Below, in pieces: positions 30,347 through 40,573 of a DNA stretch of 64,000 bases. Every line of letters starts with the position of its first letter. Positions within the stretch are counted from its first letter, which is position 1. This DNA comes from Candidatus Poribacteria bacterium. Lineage in GTDB: Bacteria; Poribacteria; WGA-4E; WGA-3G. The position numbers were made by a program, and so were the translations under genes. Location of the stretch: contig OZ251518.1 in NCBI GenBank assembly GCA_965242965.1, positions 5,216,001 through 5,280,000 of the forward strand, written 5' to 3'. Under the pieces are notes generated by a model. The model did not search any database. It had not been told where the DNA came from and saw nothing but the letters and a program-made list of their open reading frames with translations.

Positions 30347-30366
30347 TGTCTATCCTTTGTTTAGTT

Positions 30367-30700
30367 CAGGGTGTTTCATAACTCCCCGGTAAGAGAGACC
30401 TCCCGGTCTCAATATCGTCCGCGCAATCCAACGCTCGCGGGGGACAGGCCCCCGCGCTACGGCAAAAACGGCACTTCACCGTAGGGCGAGGGCCTGTCCC
30501 TCGCCAGAGTCCGCGCGCCAGACTCTGTAGGTCAGGATCGCCTGATCCTGACCTGTTTGTGATCAGGCGATCACAAACTACAGAAGCGGAAAAACACAGC
30601 GTGACGATGGACAACGCGGGGGACAGGCCCCCGCGCTACGGTAAAATCGAGACCGGGAGGTCTCTCCTACCGGGAAGACATTGATATATGAAACACCCTC
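30367..30700. mobile_element. MITE-like REP-carrying element
   Basis: CAGGGTGTTTCATAA ... ATATGAAACACCCTC; flanks GTTTAGTT / GTTTAATT (7/8). Confidence 0.75.
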
Positions 30701-30762
30701 GTTTAATTAGGGAACAACGGGTAGGCGTGCTTTCCAACCGCGCCCACCGAGTTCAGGGTGAG

Positions 30763-31509
30763 TTAGCCATGAACCGCATCGGCGAACTGCTTCATCAGTG
30801 CTAGCGAACCGGTTTCCTCAAGCACATTGCCTGTAACGATGAAATCCGCACCGGCGTTAACACGCTCCTCGGCGAGTTCCGGCGTGCGAATGCCACCACC
30901 GACAATCAGCGGAATGCTGATGCGCGCTTTCACTGCGGCTATCATCGCATTCGGGACAGGGTGCTTCGCGCCGCTGCCAGCCTCCAAGTAGACAAGTTTC
31001 ATGCCGAGGTATTGAGCGGCTAACGCATGCGGTCCCGCGATATCCGGTTTATCCCGAGGAATCGGCATCGTGCCGCTCATGAACTCAACAGTGGTGCGAT
31101 TCCCACTCTCAATCAGCAGATAACCGGTAGGGATAGGTTCAAGCGCGTAGCGTTGTATCCACGGCGCAGCTTTCACCTGTTCCCCGATGAGATAGTTCGG
31201 GTTTCTGCCACTGATAAGACTCAGATAGAGAATCGCATCGGCATGCGCGGTGAGATGCATGGAATCCCCAGGAAAAAGCACAATAGGGAGGCGTGTCGCG
31301 CTTTTCAGCGTTTCCGCAATCGGATGCAACTCGGTAGTTAAGAAGCTGCCGCCAAGCAGAATCGCGTCCGCGCCTGCTTGTTCAATGTCGCGTGCAAGTT
31401 TAGCGCACGACGCAACCTCACACTGCTCCGGATCGATCAGGACGAGATAGCCGGCGCGATGTCTCTTCAAGACCTCGTGGAAGTAATTCAGAACCCGATG
31501 TGATGCCAA
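30763..31509 (-). CDS. Geranylgeranylglyceryl phosphate synthase (GGGPS, group II-like)
   Basis: LIDP, AILLGGS, LFPG, LSLISGRNPNYLIGEQ, GYLLIESG, YLEAGSGA, VGGGIR. Confidence 0.9.
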   Translation of the reverse strand: MASHRVLNYFHEVLKRHRAGYLVLIDPEQCEVASCAKLARDIEQAGADAILLGGSFLTTELHPIAETLKSATRLPIVLFPGDSMHLTAHADAILYLSLISGRNPNYLIGEQVKAAPWIQRYALEPIPTGYLLIESGNRTTVEFMSGTMPIPRDKPDIAGPHALAAQYLGMKLVYLEAGSGAKHPVPNAMIAAVKARISIPLIVGGGIRTPELAEERVNAGADFIVTGNVLEETGSLALMKQFADAVHG

Positions 31510-31560
31510 ATGGAAATGTTCCTTCTCAATGATTGCGCGTATTGCGCGCGTTTGTTAATT

Positions 31561-31589
31561 ATTTTACCACATTGATGCGCGTTTGTCAA
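31561..31589 (-). promoter_or_regulatory. Sigma70-type promoter upstream of GGGPS
   Basis: TTGACA-17 bp-TAAAAT with TG extended -10. Confidence 0.7.
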
Positions 31590-31612
31590 ATTACAATTGC
31601 ACGTTGACGCTA

Positions 31613-32854
31613 TTAACGCCGGGACAATTCATAGAGCAGAACGCCCGCGGCGACACCGACATTGAGCGATGCTTGACTTTGACTTCTTCCCGCCGCCGTT
31701 AGCACCCCGGGTGCCATCGGGATGCGCACCAAGTCCGTGCAACTTTCGCGTGCCGGCACGGAAATACCGGTATGTTCATTGCCGATAACGACTGCGGTAG
31801 GCGGCTCCACTTCCAGTGTGTAGAGTGATGTCTCGGTGTGCGCAGTCGCGCCGAGGACACGCCACCCTTCCCGCTGAAGTGCTTCAAGCGCAGGCACTGC
31901 ATCCGGTTCAAAGAAGAGCAGCAGACGGCCCACCGCGCCTCGCGCTGCACGAATGCAGTTTTTATGAAATGGACTCGCGCCGCTGCCACATAGCAAAACC
32001 GCTGAAACCCCCGCGGCGTCCGCTGTTCGTAACGTCATCCCTAAATTATCGGGATTCCCGATATTTTCGGCGATGAGCAAGGTGCAACTCGGACTAAAGT
32101 GAAAGTTCAGTTGATTGGACTCCATCAAAAATCGGCGATAGTTGAAATGCACCGATGCCACTATCGGCGGGACAGGACGGGTTGTGGTGACGGAGCCCAT
32201 CACGCCATCGCTGACTTGGTAATAGGCGAGATTTTCGGCATGTGCTCGCGTGAGGAGGCTTTTCCCTGCCATTGTCCCAACGAAACCGGCGGTATAGAGA
32301 ATCGTTTCTACCGGCACCCCATCTGTAACGGCGCGCGCGACGATGCGCTCCCCTTCTATCACAAATTGCCCATGCTCCAATTTGCCCTTCAAGGAGGTAA
32401 GTTTCCGAAACTGCGAAGCAACCGCATCCTTGCGTTTGGAAACAGGGCGGCGTTCTGCCTTACCGGAACTGCCGCGTTTGACACCGCGATAGAAGCGTCC
32501 CGACTCCGACTCGGTAAACTCGCCCACCAAAACTTCACGCAACGCATTGTCCATCCACTTCTCTGGAAGATGAAACAAGCCTGAGTTTTGCCGTGGAAAG
32601 GCGAGTAGGAGTTCGCGCAATGCCCTTTCCGTTGTGGCAGTGAGATACACCTCATAGTCCTCTGCTTGCGTGCTAGTTGGCCACATCAGCAGCACGCCGT
32701 TGATTTTCTGCCAACCCGACACACTGACGTGCAGCCCGCAGCGCGCAGACGAACGCGATGCCTTAAAACGGGAAACTGCATCAGTATCAGCGTTCTCTTT
32801 TTCCAAGAAATCGATGATTTTCTCGTAATCTAAAGCATTTTCTTCCGTGTCCAT
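31613..32854 (-). CDS. TrmH/SpoU-family RNA methyltransferase with N-terminal extension
   Basis: NPDNLGMTLRTADAAG, IGNEHTG, IPM, SLNVGVAAGVLLYE. Confidence 0.88.
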   Translation of the reverse strand: MDTEENALDYEKIIDFLEKENADTDAVSRFKASRSSARCGLHVSVSGWQKINGVLLMWPTSTQAEDYEVYLTATTERALRELLLAFPRQNSGLFHLPEKWMDNALREVLVGEFTESESGRFYRGVKRGSSGKAERRPVSKRKDAVASQFRKLTSLKGKLEHGQFVIEGERIVARAVTDGVPVETILYTAGFVGTMAGKSLLTRAHAENLAYYQVSDGVMGSVTTTRPVPPIVASVHFNYRRFLMESNQLNFHFSPSCTLLIAENIGNPDNLGMTLRTADAAGVSAVLLCGSGASPFHKNCIRAARGAVGRLLLFFEPDAVPALEALQREGWRVLGATAHTETSLYTLEVEPPTAVVIGNEHTGISVPARESCTDLVRIPMAPGVLTAAGRSQSQASLNVGVAAGVLLYELSRR

Positions 32855-32864
32855 AACTTGTTAC

Positions 32865-33262
32865 AGTAGGAGAGACCTCCTGGTCTCGATGCAATAGGGC
32901 GGCGCGCCTTCCGGGGCAGCGGCGACAGAAACCCCCCCCTTCATCGTAGGGCGAGGGCCTGTCCCTCGCCATCGTTCACGCTCCAGACTCTGTAGTTCAG
33001 GATCGCCTGATCCTGAACTGTTTGTGATCAGGCGATCACAAACTACAGAGGCGGAAACACACATCATGACGATGGAGATCGCGGGGGAAACCCGCTCGGA
33101 TGCGCGTATGGCATCCGAGGGCCCCCGCGCTACGATAAAAAACGCCACCTCCTCACCGTAGGGCGAGGGCCTGTCCCTCGCCATCGCTCGCGTAATCCAA
33201 CGATCGCGGGGGACAGGCCCCCGCGCTACGGGAACATCGAGACCGGGAGGTCTCGCCTACCG
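32865..33262. repeat. Composite REP cluster
   Basis: All main GTAG REP classes, bounded by inverted GTAGGAGAGACC-type units. Confidence 0.85.
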
Positions 33263-33295
33263 GGGGGAGTCGAAACCTCCCAGACTCAATACGCG

Positions 33296-34144
33296 TTACC
33301 AAGACGTTCCTAGATAGATTGCGCCGAGCCCGACAAAGATATCCCACTTCATCCAGCGTTGGATGAAGGCGCAACTCTCCTTGGAGGCATCGCGCCACAG
33401 CCGAATGCCCAAGTAGAGGATAACCACATCCACGCCGAGCACAACAATGACCAAATAGACCGCGGAATACCATCCAAATAGATAAGGGATAGGACTAAAC
33501 AAAATAACGGCTGCGAGGAATCCTAACGCGACATTCACGGCGAGCCGCGGGTTGAGAATCGCCAGCGTCTTCACCCCGTTTTTCAGATCACCCTCTGTGT
33601 CCTCGAGGTCCTTCACAATTTCACGCGGCAGTGTAAATAGAAACGCGAAAATTGCAGGAACAATCGTGCCTCGCACCGATTCTATCGCGACACCACCGGC
33701 GATGAAGGTTAACCCTGTCAACCCACTCACAAGGAGGTTCCCGATAAACGGCGTGCCTTTCAACCAGAACGCATAAGTGACAACAGCGGCGGCGACAAGC
33801 ACTGCGATGCCGAGCGCGTTAATGTTGATACACGCGCCAAGTCCTATGCCGATTGCGATAAGGGATAAGGCAAAAATCAGCGCGTCGCGCCGGCGAATGC
33901 GGCCGGAAGGAAGCGGCCGTTGAACCCTATTGACTCGATCTATCTCATAATCGCAGTAGTCGTTTATAGCGTTGCCTGCGGAGAGCAAAACGAGTGCCGA
34001 GCCCGAAACCAGCCAGAGTTCCTGATTTAGCAAGAGAGACTGCCCGTTCTCAATCCCACGACTGGCGAACACGCCGCCGAGCCACGCGGAGATAAAAGCG
34101 ATGATGCCGTTCAGTGGGCGCGCTAATTCCAGATAATTTTTCAT
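33296..34144 (-). CDS. UbiA-family prenyltransferase, DGGGP-synthase-like
   Basis: LARPLN, GNAINDYCDYEIDRVNR.RPLPSG, LKGTPFIGNLLVS, REIVKDLEDTEGD...KTL. Confidence 0.8.
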   Translation of the reverse strand: MKNYLELARPLNGIIAFISAWLGGVFASRGIENGQSLLLNQELWLVSGSALVLLSAGNAINDYCDYEIDRVNRVQRPLPSGRIRRRDALIFALSLIAIGIGLGACININALGIAVLVAAAVVTYAFWLKGTPFIGNLLVSGLTGLTFIAGGVAIESVRGTIVPAIFAFLFTLPREIVKDLEDTEGDLKNGVKTLAILNPRLAVNVALGFLAAVILFSPIPYLFGWYSAVYLVIVVLGVDVVILYLGIRLWRDASKESCAFIQRWMKWDIFVGLGAIYLGTSW

Positions 34145-34196
34145 ATCATATCCGTCCGTTCGCGCCGCGGGCAAAGGTGGCTATCGCCATCCGTCC

Positions 34197-35276
34197 TTAC
34201 AGTTCTTCTTTTCGCCCCAATTCTCGGATTTGCGCCTCCAATTCCTCCACGCGTTTCTGAAGTCTGCTAAATTCAGGTAAAAGTTCCGGCAATTTTCGGG
34301 TGGCGGCGTGTATGCGCAATTCCTGTTTATGAGGACGCGCGGGAAATCCGGAGAGATGACTGCCGGGCGGCATATCCTTCGTCACCGCGGATTTTGCGTA
34401 AACGACGCTATCGTCACCGAGTGTGAGATGTCCTGCTGCACCGCCGTGTCCTGCGATGTTCACCCGGTCTCCGATGATGGTGCTTCCTGCAATACCCGCC
34501 TGCGCGGCGATGCAACAGTCCTCGCCGATAACAACGTTGTGTGCGATTTGCACGAGGTTATCCAACTTCGTTCCACGTTTGATGTGGGTTGCCGCGAGCG
34601 TTGCCCTGTCGATAGTAGTATTCGCGCCAATCTCCACGTCGTCCTCAATAATTACCGTGCCGATCTGGGGGATTTTGTGGTGCAGCGGCGTGCTTTTCTC
34701 ACGGCGTGTGCCAACCGGCGCGAAGCCGAACCCATCACTGCCGATAACAGCACCGCAGTGAATAATCACCCTGTCCCCGATAGTCACCTCCTCGCGTATG
34801 TTGACGTGTGGGTAAATCAACCCATCGGTGCCGATTTTGGTGCCTTCGCCGATATAGACGAACGGTTGTACGACGGTATTATCCCCGATTTCAACGTTGT
34901 CGGCGATGACAGCGAACGCTTGAATGGAAACGCGCTGGCCAAGTTTCACGTTCTTCCCGAGAATCGCCGTATCATCAACACCGGGGAGGACTTGATGGAT
35001 TTTATCCCTGGCGAACATTTCCAGGACTTGGACGAATGCCCAATAGGGATTCTCCACACGGACAGTCGGTTTTCCGTTGCCGACGACATCGCGGCCGATG
35101 ATAATCGCAGCCGCCTCCGTTGTCTCCATAGAGGCGAGATATTTTGAGTTCGCGATGAAGGTAATCTGTGTCGGCAGTGCCTCTTTGATACCTGAAACGC
35201 CGCTAATCTCAATCTCACCATCACCGGAGAGTTCGCCATCCAGTTCTTTGCAAATGTGCTTGAGTTTAATACGCAT
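34197..35276 (-). CDS. lpxD: UDP-3-O-acylglucosamine N-acyltransferase
   Basis: Hexapeptide repeats, GSDGFGF, IGANTTIDR, DNLVQIAHN. Confidence 0.95.
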   Translation of the reverse strand: MRIKLKHICKELDGELSGDGEIEISGVSGIKEALPTQITFIANSKYLASMETTEAAAIIIGRDVVGNGKPTVRVENPYWAFVQVLEMFARDKIHQVLPGVDDTAILGKNVKLGQRVSIQAFAVIADNVEIGDNTVVQPFVYIGEGTKIGTDGLIYPHVNIREEVTIGDRVIIHCGAVIGSDGFGFAPVGTRREKSTPLHHKIPQIGTVIIEDDVEIGANTTIDRATLAATHIKRGTKLDNLVQIAHNVVIGEDCCIAAQAGIAGSTIIGDRVNIAGHGGAAGHLTLGDDSVVYAKSAVTKDMPPGSHLSGFPARPHKQELRIHAATRKLPELLPEFSRLQKRVEELEAQIRELGRKEEL

Positions 35277-35316
35277 TTTTTTAGTTCGCTCAGTCCAGCG
35301 TGCACCGGCGGCATCG

Positions 35317-35937
35317 CTATTCCGCGGTGTCTTCGTTTAACGAGCTAATCACCGTTTGTGTGAGATCGTGTTTTTCGTTGACGTAAAGCACGATGAGCCC
35401 CTTCTCAAGGATGATGTCGTAGCCGTTCGCTTCACCGAGCTCGATAATCCGGTCGCGAATTTCTTTGTAAATGGGCTCCATCAGTTTCTTCTCTTCCTCA
35501 AGCAGGCCCTGTTGTCCGAGTTCTGCCTCGCGCTGGTATTCCTGCTGTTTGCGGCGGATTTCCGCCTCCAAATCCGCTGTCTGTGCCTCCTCTACGAAAC
35601 GCTGCGTTTTCGCCTTTCTATCCTGCAGCGTCCGAATCTCATCGGCAAGAGCACTCAGACTTTTTTCTAAGCGACTGCCTTGCGTTCGGAGAACCTCAAT
35701 GGCACTTGACGCTTTGGTGTAGCCCTCTAATACCTGCTGCGTATTGACGACACCCATTTTGAAGGACTCCTGGCCGATACTGCCAGAAATGAGACAGAGC
35801 GTGGCGATTAAAACAGTGAGCATCAATAGCGATGGCGAGGCATAAGTTCCCCGCACCGTCCGTTTTGTTAGGCGTGCTTTCGCAGCACGCGACCTAGGTG
35901 ATTTCATAAATAAATCCTTTAATTTCCGGTAGGGCAT
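35317..35937 (-). CDS. skp: OmpH/Skp periplasmic chaperone (start uncertain)
   Basis: KMGVVN, coiled coil, GYDIIL..DLT; located between bamA and lpxD. Confidence 0.85.
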   Translation of the reverse strand: MPYRKLKDLFMKSPRSRAAKARLTKRTVRGTYASPSLLMLTVLIATLCLISGSIGQESFKMGVVNTQQVLEGYTKASSAIEVLRTQGSRLEKSLSALADEIRTLQDRKAKTQRFVEEAQTADLEAEIRRKQQEYQREAELGQQGLLEEEKKLMEPIYKEIRDRIIELGEANGYDIILEKGLIVLYVNEKHDLTQTVISSLNEDTAE

Positions 35938-36009
35938 CCGACCGGGTTTGTTGTTGAGCGTCTGTTGAGGGACTCATCCCTCGCCTTGCGCCGGGCTGAA
36001 AATCGCGTG

Positions 36010-38460
36010 CTAAAATCCGGGACCGACGGTGAAATGGAATTTGCCCGCTGGCACTCCCGTAATCCTGTCTAAACCGTAACCCCATCCGAGGCGGACGAGC
36101 ATGCCGAGCATCGTAAACCGTGCCTCCGCACCGACTGCACGTTTCAGGCTAATTTCCCGAAAAACGTTTGTCGTGCTTTCATCCCACACCTGTCCGATGT
36201 CAAAAAACACGGCCGCTGTGAGCTGCGGGGAGACAGGAATGCGATATTCAAAATTGGCGAAGAACACTTTGTCACCGCCGTATGGATTTAAACTGTCGGG
36301 GTAAATCTCCCAATCCTCGTAGCCGCGGAGCGTATCCACACCACCGAGGAAGAAGCGTTCATAGAAGAGGAATTCCCTATCCGTGCTTTTGCTGAGCATA
36401 TAACCCGCGCGGGCGTGCGCCGCAAAAACGTGATTCCACCACGGACTATAGAACCAACTGGTGTCCGCCGAGTATTTCTGGAAGTTGTTATCCGCACCCA
36501 AAAACCCGCCGGAATATTCGTAAGAGAGGGTATTTAGCGAACCCGCCGTCGGGTCAAATACCGAAGTGCGGTAGTCACGGGTATCTCTACCGATGGCGAA
36601 CAGAATGCTTCGCGTAGACCTGTCGATGACTTGTGCCTCCGGCCTGTGTGCTTCAACCGATTCGTTCCGGAAGCGGACAGACAGGTCGATATTCTGCGTA
36701 ATCGGGTGTCCGAGCGATACCGAAGCACCTCTTCTACCCCAAACATACCGGTCGAAGAGATAGGAGTTCCCCCCTGTCCGCAGTGCTGCACCGACTGTCC
36801 CGTAGTAGCGTCGGAAGCGTCGGTTATCATAGAGTCGTGCATTCAGCCGCGTCGGCGTGCCGAGAATCCAAGGCGTTCCGAAGCTGAGCTCTGCGGTGTG
36901 ATGGTCGCGGGTGCCTAACTCGCCTTTAAGATGCAAGCGATAGGCGCGCCCACGGAAATTGTTTTGTCCTACCTCCGCCACGCCGAAGATACCGCCTTCG
37001 CTCCCGTAGCCGCCCCCAAGGCTCAGCATCCCGGTGCGCGGTGTTTCAGCGATGTTCACACGCAGGTCCTTCCGATTTTCATCTCCCGTATCGGTGGGCA
37101 CAAAATCAACCGCGCGGATAAAAGAGCCCATTTGGAACAACCGTTGCCGCGCTTTCCGCAAGGATTTGACATCCAGCAGCTCTTCTTGTTTAATTTTTAG
37201 CCAATCCAACTCACGTCTGACAACGTGCTCCTTCGTCTTTTCCAACCCGGAGATCAGCACCTTGTTAATGATGATGACATCGCCTTCGTTGATATTCAGT
37301 GTGATGTTCACCACGCCGTTCACCTCGTCAAACACCGGAATTGGCACAACTTCCGAGAGGAGGTAACCTTTGTCAAGGTAAGCTTGCTGCAGTTTTCCGA
37401 TGGATTCGTCAAAAGTGCCGCGGTTGAAAACCTCACCTTCGGCCGGGTCCAGCATACTCCGAATTTTCTTTTCCGAGTAGACTGCCTTTGCGCCGGATTG
37501 CACTTCAAGTTGATATGCGCCGATGACAAATTCGGGGCCCTCATCCACGTTGATGTCCAGAATCAGCCCGGTTTTGTCCTCCGTGAACCGCTTTTCATGT
37601 CCGAGGATTTTCACTTGCGCGAAGCCTCTGTCTTGGTAGTAGTTTCGGAGGTTTAAGGCTAAGTCCTCTTCTTCAAACAACAGCCGGTCAAACGGTTTTC
37701 CGACGCGCGTCTTGAGATGCTTTTGGAGTTTGTTAGCAGAGACGCGTTCGTTCCCGACGAAGTTAATCTCCTCAATTTTAACACGCGGTCCTTCCTCAAT
37801 TTCAAACGTGATCTGGATGGTTTTGGCTGCGGCAGTTTCTCCCTCCAAATCCTCCGCGTCACGCTTTTCGTCCGCCTCGTTTTCGGTATCAAGGGGCCGA
37901 ATATGAGCCTGAATGCTCACCAAGTAGTATCCCTTTTCGTGGTAAAGCTGCTTGAGGGCGCGTTCGCTCTCCCACTGCCGTCGCTCACTATAAATTTCGG
38001 AGGGCCGAAGCGTCAAGGTATCCTTGAGTTTGCCGGTGCTCATCTCTTCATTCCCGATGAAGTTGATGCCGCCAATCTTCGGGCTCTCAACGACGTTATA
38101 GATTACGGCTAACCCGCCGTCCGGAAGGGATTTCACTTCTACTGAAATATCGGAGAAGAACCCGGTATCCTTGTAGAGGCTCTCAATGTCCTTCGTGAGC
38201 AGTTCTGCCGTGATTTCCTGTCCGACGCGCGTCTGTAGGAGCGTCCGCAACATATCCTCAGACGTGGTGTGGACACCTTTAAACGCGACCTTTTTGACAA
38301 CCAGCGTTTCGTCAGCTTTGGACAGCGCAGATTTTTCGTCTGGAACGGTTTGCGCTGCTGGTTCTTCGGCTGCCGCCGCGAAACCTATTGGCCCTGCAAT
38401 GACCAGGGCGAACAGGCAAAGCGCGATGAGTTTGGTTAACATGTCTCTGATTTCCTCCAT
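36010..38460 (-). CDS. bamA: Outer membrane protein assembly factor BamA
   Basis: POTRA repeats, FFLGG.TLRGY, C-terminal F. Confidence 0.93.
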   Translation of the reverse strand: MEEIRDMLTKLIALCLFALVIAGPIGFAAAAEEPAAQTVPDEKSALSKADETLVVKKVAFKGVHTTSEDMLRTLLQTRVGQEITAELLTKDIESLYKDTGFFSDISVEVKSLPDGGLAVIYNVVESPKIGGINFIGNEEMSTGKLKDTLTLRPSEIYSERRQWESERALKQLYHEKGYYLVSIQAHIRPLDTENEADEKRDAEDLEGETAAAKTIQITFEIEEGPRVKIEEINFVGNERVSANKLQKHLKTRVGKPFDRLLFEEEDLALNLRNYYQDRGFAQVKILGHEKRFTEDKTGLILDINVDEGPEFVIGAYQLEVQSGAKAVYSEKKIRSMLDPAEGEVFNRGTFDESIGKLQQAYLDKGYLLSEVVPIPVFDEVNGVVNITLNINEGDVIIINKVLISGLEKTKEHVVRRELDWLKIKQEELLDVKSLRKARQRLFQMGSFIRAVDFVPTDTGDENRKDLRVNIAETPRTGMLSLGGGYGSEGGIFGVAEVGQNNFRGRAYRLHLKGELGTRDHHTAELSFGTPWILGTPTRLNARLYDNRRFRRYYGTVGAALRTGGNSYLFDRYVWGRRGASVSLGHPITQNIDLSVRFRNESVEAHRPEAQVIDRSTRSILFAIGRDTRDYRTSVFDPTAGSLNTLSYEYSGGFLGADNNFQKYSADTSWFYSPWWNHVFAAHARAGYMLSKSTDREFLFYERFFLGGVDTLRGYEDWEIYPDSLNPYGGDKVFFANFEYRIPVSPQLTAAVFFDIGQVWDESTTNVFREISLKRAVGAEARFTMLGMLVRLGWGYGLDRITGVPAGKFHFTVGPGF

Positions 38461-38508
38461 TTTTTCTCCTCTGCTGCGGTTTTCAGCGAATAGGCGTTGG
38501 ACGTGTGC

Positions 38509-39381
38509 CTACGCGTAAATCGGTGTTCCGGTGCTGTTCGCCAATTGTCGAAATGCCGCGATGAGTTTCTGTGTTACGGTGCCGGGTTGTCCATCGCCGA
38601 TGACGCGCCTGTCTATCTGGACGACAGGGATAACCTCTGCAGCCGTGCCAGTGAGGAAGCACTCGTCTGCAATATAGAGTTCGTGGCGTGTAAAGACGCG
38701 TTCCTCTACGTGCATGTCAGCCTCGCGCGCCAATTCGATGACGCTGTTCCGCGTAACGCCTTCCAAGATGCCGATGTGGCTAGGCGGCGTGACGAGCACC
38801 TCGTTCTTCACCCAGAAGATATTATCGCCGCTGCATTCCGCGACATAGCCATCGGCGTTGAGCATTAGCACCTCAACCGCGCCGGCTTGCTTCCCCTCAA
38901 TTTTCGCCAAGATGTTATTGAGGTAGTTCAGCGACTTGATGCGTGGGTTAATGGCTTCGGGATAATTCCGGCGGATGGAGGTGGTGACGATTGCCAATCC
39001 CTCTTCATAAAATTTTTGTGGATAGAGCGTGATCTTATCTGCAATAATAATGATCGAGGGGTTCGGGCATTTGTCCGGGTCCAACCCCAAGTCTCCCACG
39101 CCGCGTGTGACGATAAGGCGAATATAAGCCTCCCGGAGGTGATTTCGACGGAGTGTCTCCAGAACCGTTTCCTTCATCGTTTCGATAGGCATCGGAATCT
39201 GTAACATAATAGATTTGGCAGAGTCGTAGAGGCGTTTGAGGTGTTCGTCAAGTTTAAAGACGCGCCCGTTATAGGAGCGGATGCCCTCAAAAACGCCATC
39301 GCCGTAGAGCAAGCCGTGGTCAAACACAGAGACTTTGGCTTCTTCGGGCGGTAAAAATTCTCCGTCGATATAAATCAACAT
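38509..39381 (-). CDS. ilvE: Branched-chain amino acid aminotransferase
   Basis: DHGLLYGDGVFEG, KSLNYLN, ILEGVTR, GTAAE. Confidence 0.95.
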   Translation of the reverse strand: MLIYIDGEFLPPEEAKVSVFDHGLLYGDGVFEGIRSYNGRVFKLDEHLKRLYDSAKSIMLQIPMPIETMKETVLETLRRNHLREAYIRLIVTRGVGDLGLDPDKCPNPSIIIIADKITLYPQKFYEEGLAIVTTSIRRNYPEAINPRIKSLNYLNNILAKIEGKQAGAVEVLMLNADGYVAECSGDNIFWVKNEVLVTPPSHIGILEGVTRNSVIELAREADMHVEERVFTRHELYIADECFLTGTAAEVIPVVQIDRRVIGDGQPGTVTQKLIAAFRQLANSTGTPIYA

Positions 39382-39445
39382 AAACGGTTCCTTCCAATTC
39401 AGCGGACTGACGCGCGTTTCGGGGTTTGTTTTGCGCCTGTCCAAT

Positions 39446-40171
39446 TTATTCAGATACTTCGCTGATTTTTCCATCAACGAGATGAACAATTCTGTCTGCA
39501 CGTTCGGCGAGTTCCTGATTGTGCGTGACGATAATGAACGTCTGTCCCGATTGTGCGTTCAGTTTCCATAAAAGTTCTAACATTGCGTCGCTACTACGCT
39601 GGTCCAGATTGCCAGTCGGTTCGTCAGCGAGGACAACTTTGGGTTGATTCATCAGTGCTCGTGCGATGGCGACACGCTGCCGTTCACCGCCGGAGAGTTG
39701 GCTTGGGTAATGCGTCAGCCGTTCGGAGAGTCCGACGTAGGCGAGCAGTTCCCGGGCCCTTTCATCGATATTGTTCTCCGTTTTTAAAGACGTGTTGCCA
39801 TCTTCACGCCACTGCTTTGCGATAATCGCGCTCATGACGACGTTTTCAAGCGCGGTAAATTCCGGTAGCAGATGATGAAACTGAAAGACAAACCCGATGC
39901 GCTTGTTCCGAAACCGGGCGAGTTCCTTATCGGGCAAAGCGAAGATATCCTGCCGTTCATAAAAGACACTTCCTATTGTCGGCCGGTCTAACGCGCCGAT
40001 GATATGAAGGAGTGTGCTTTTCCCAACACCGGATGCGCCGACGATGGCAAGCATCTCTGAAGGATGCACCGTGAAATCCACGCCTTGCAGCACGGGGAGT
40101 TCAGACTCGCCATCATAATAGGATTTATGTAAATCCTCAATGTGGATAAGTGCCTCTTGCGAGTTTGTCAC
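39446..40171 (-). CDS. lolD: Lipoprotein-releasing ABC transporter ATPase
   Basis: GASGVGKST, FVFQFHHLL, LSGGERQR, DEPTGNLD. Confidence 0.88.
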   Translation of the reverse strand: MTNSQEALIHIEDLHKSYYDGESELPVLQGVDFTVHPSEMLAIVGASGVGKSTLLHIIGALDRPTIGSVFYERQDIFALPDKELARFRNKRIGFVFQFHHLLPEFTALENVVMSAIIAKQWREDGNTSLKTENNIDERARELLAYVGLSERLTHYPSQLSGGERQRVAIARALMNQPKVVLADEPTGNLDQRSSDAMLELLWKLNAQSGQTFIIVTHNQELAERADRIVHLVDGKISEVSE

Positions 40172-40250
40172 ACTGTCTTCCTCGTCTTCCTCTTTTATGA
40201 ATGCCCCGGCGAGGGATATGCCCTCGCCCTACCGGGACAAGCAAATTACT

Positions 40251-40570
40251 GAGGGTGTTTCATATTTCGATGGCTTCCCGGTAGGAGAGACCTCCCGGTC
40301 TCGATTTCTGCCGCCGGGTCTCGCCTACCGGAAGGCATTGGGCCCACCGCTGTAGTTCGGGAGCGCCCGCTCCCGAACGGGTCAGGATCAGGCGATCCTG
40401 ACCTACAGAGGTGATGCGGTCTGCCAGCCAAACGCCTGGCGAGGGACAGGCCCTCGCCCTACGTGAAGAGGCGGCGTTTTTTTTTCATCGTAGCGCGGGG
40501 GCCCTCGGATGCCACACGCGCATCCGAGCGGGTTTCCCCCGCGACGTTGGACGATTTATGAAACACCCTC
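40251..40570. mobile_element. MITE-like REP-carrying element between lolC/E and lolD
   Basis: GAGGGTGTTTCATAT ... TTATGAAACACCCTC; flanks AAATTACT / AAATTATT (7/8). Confidence 0.8.
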
Positions 40571-40573
40571 AAA

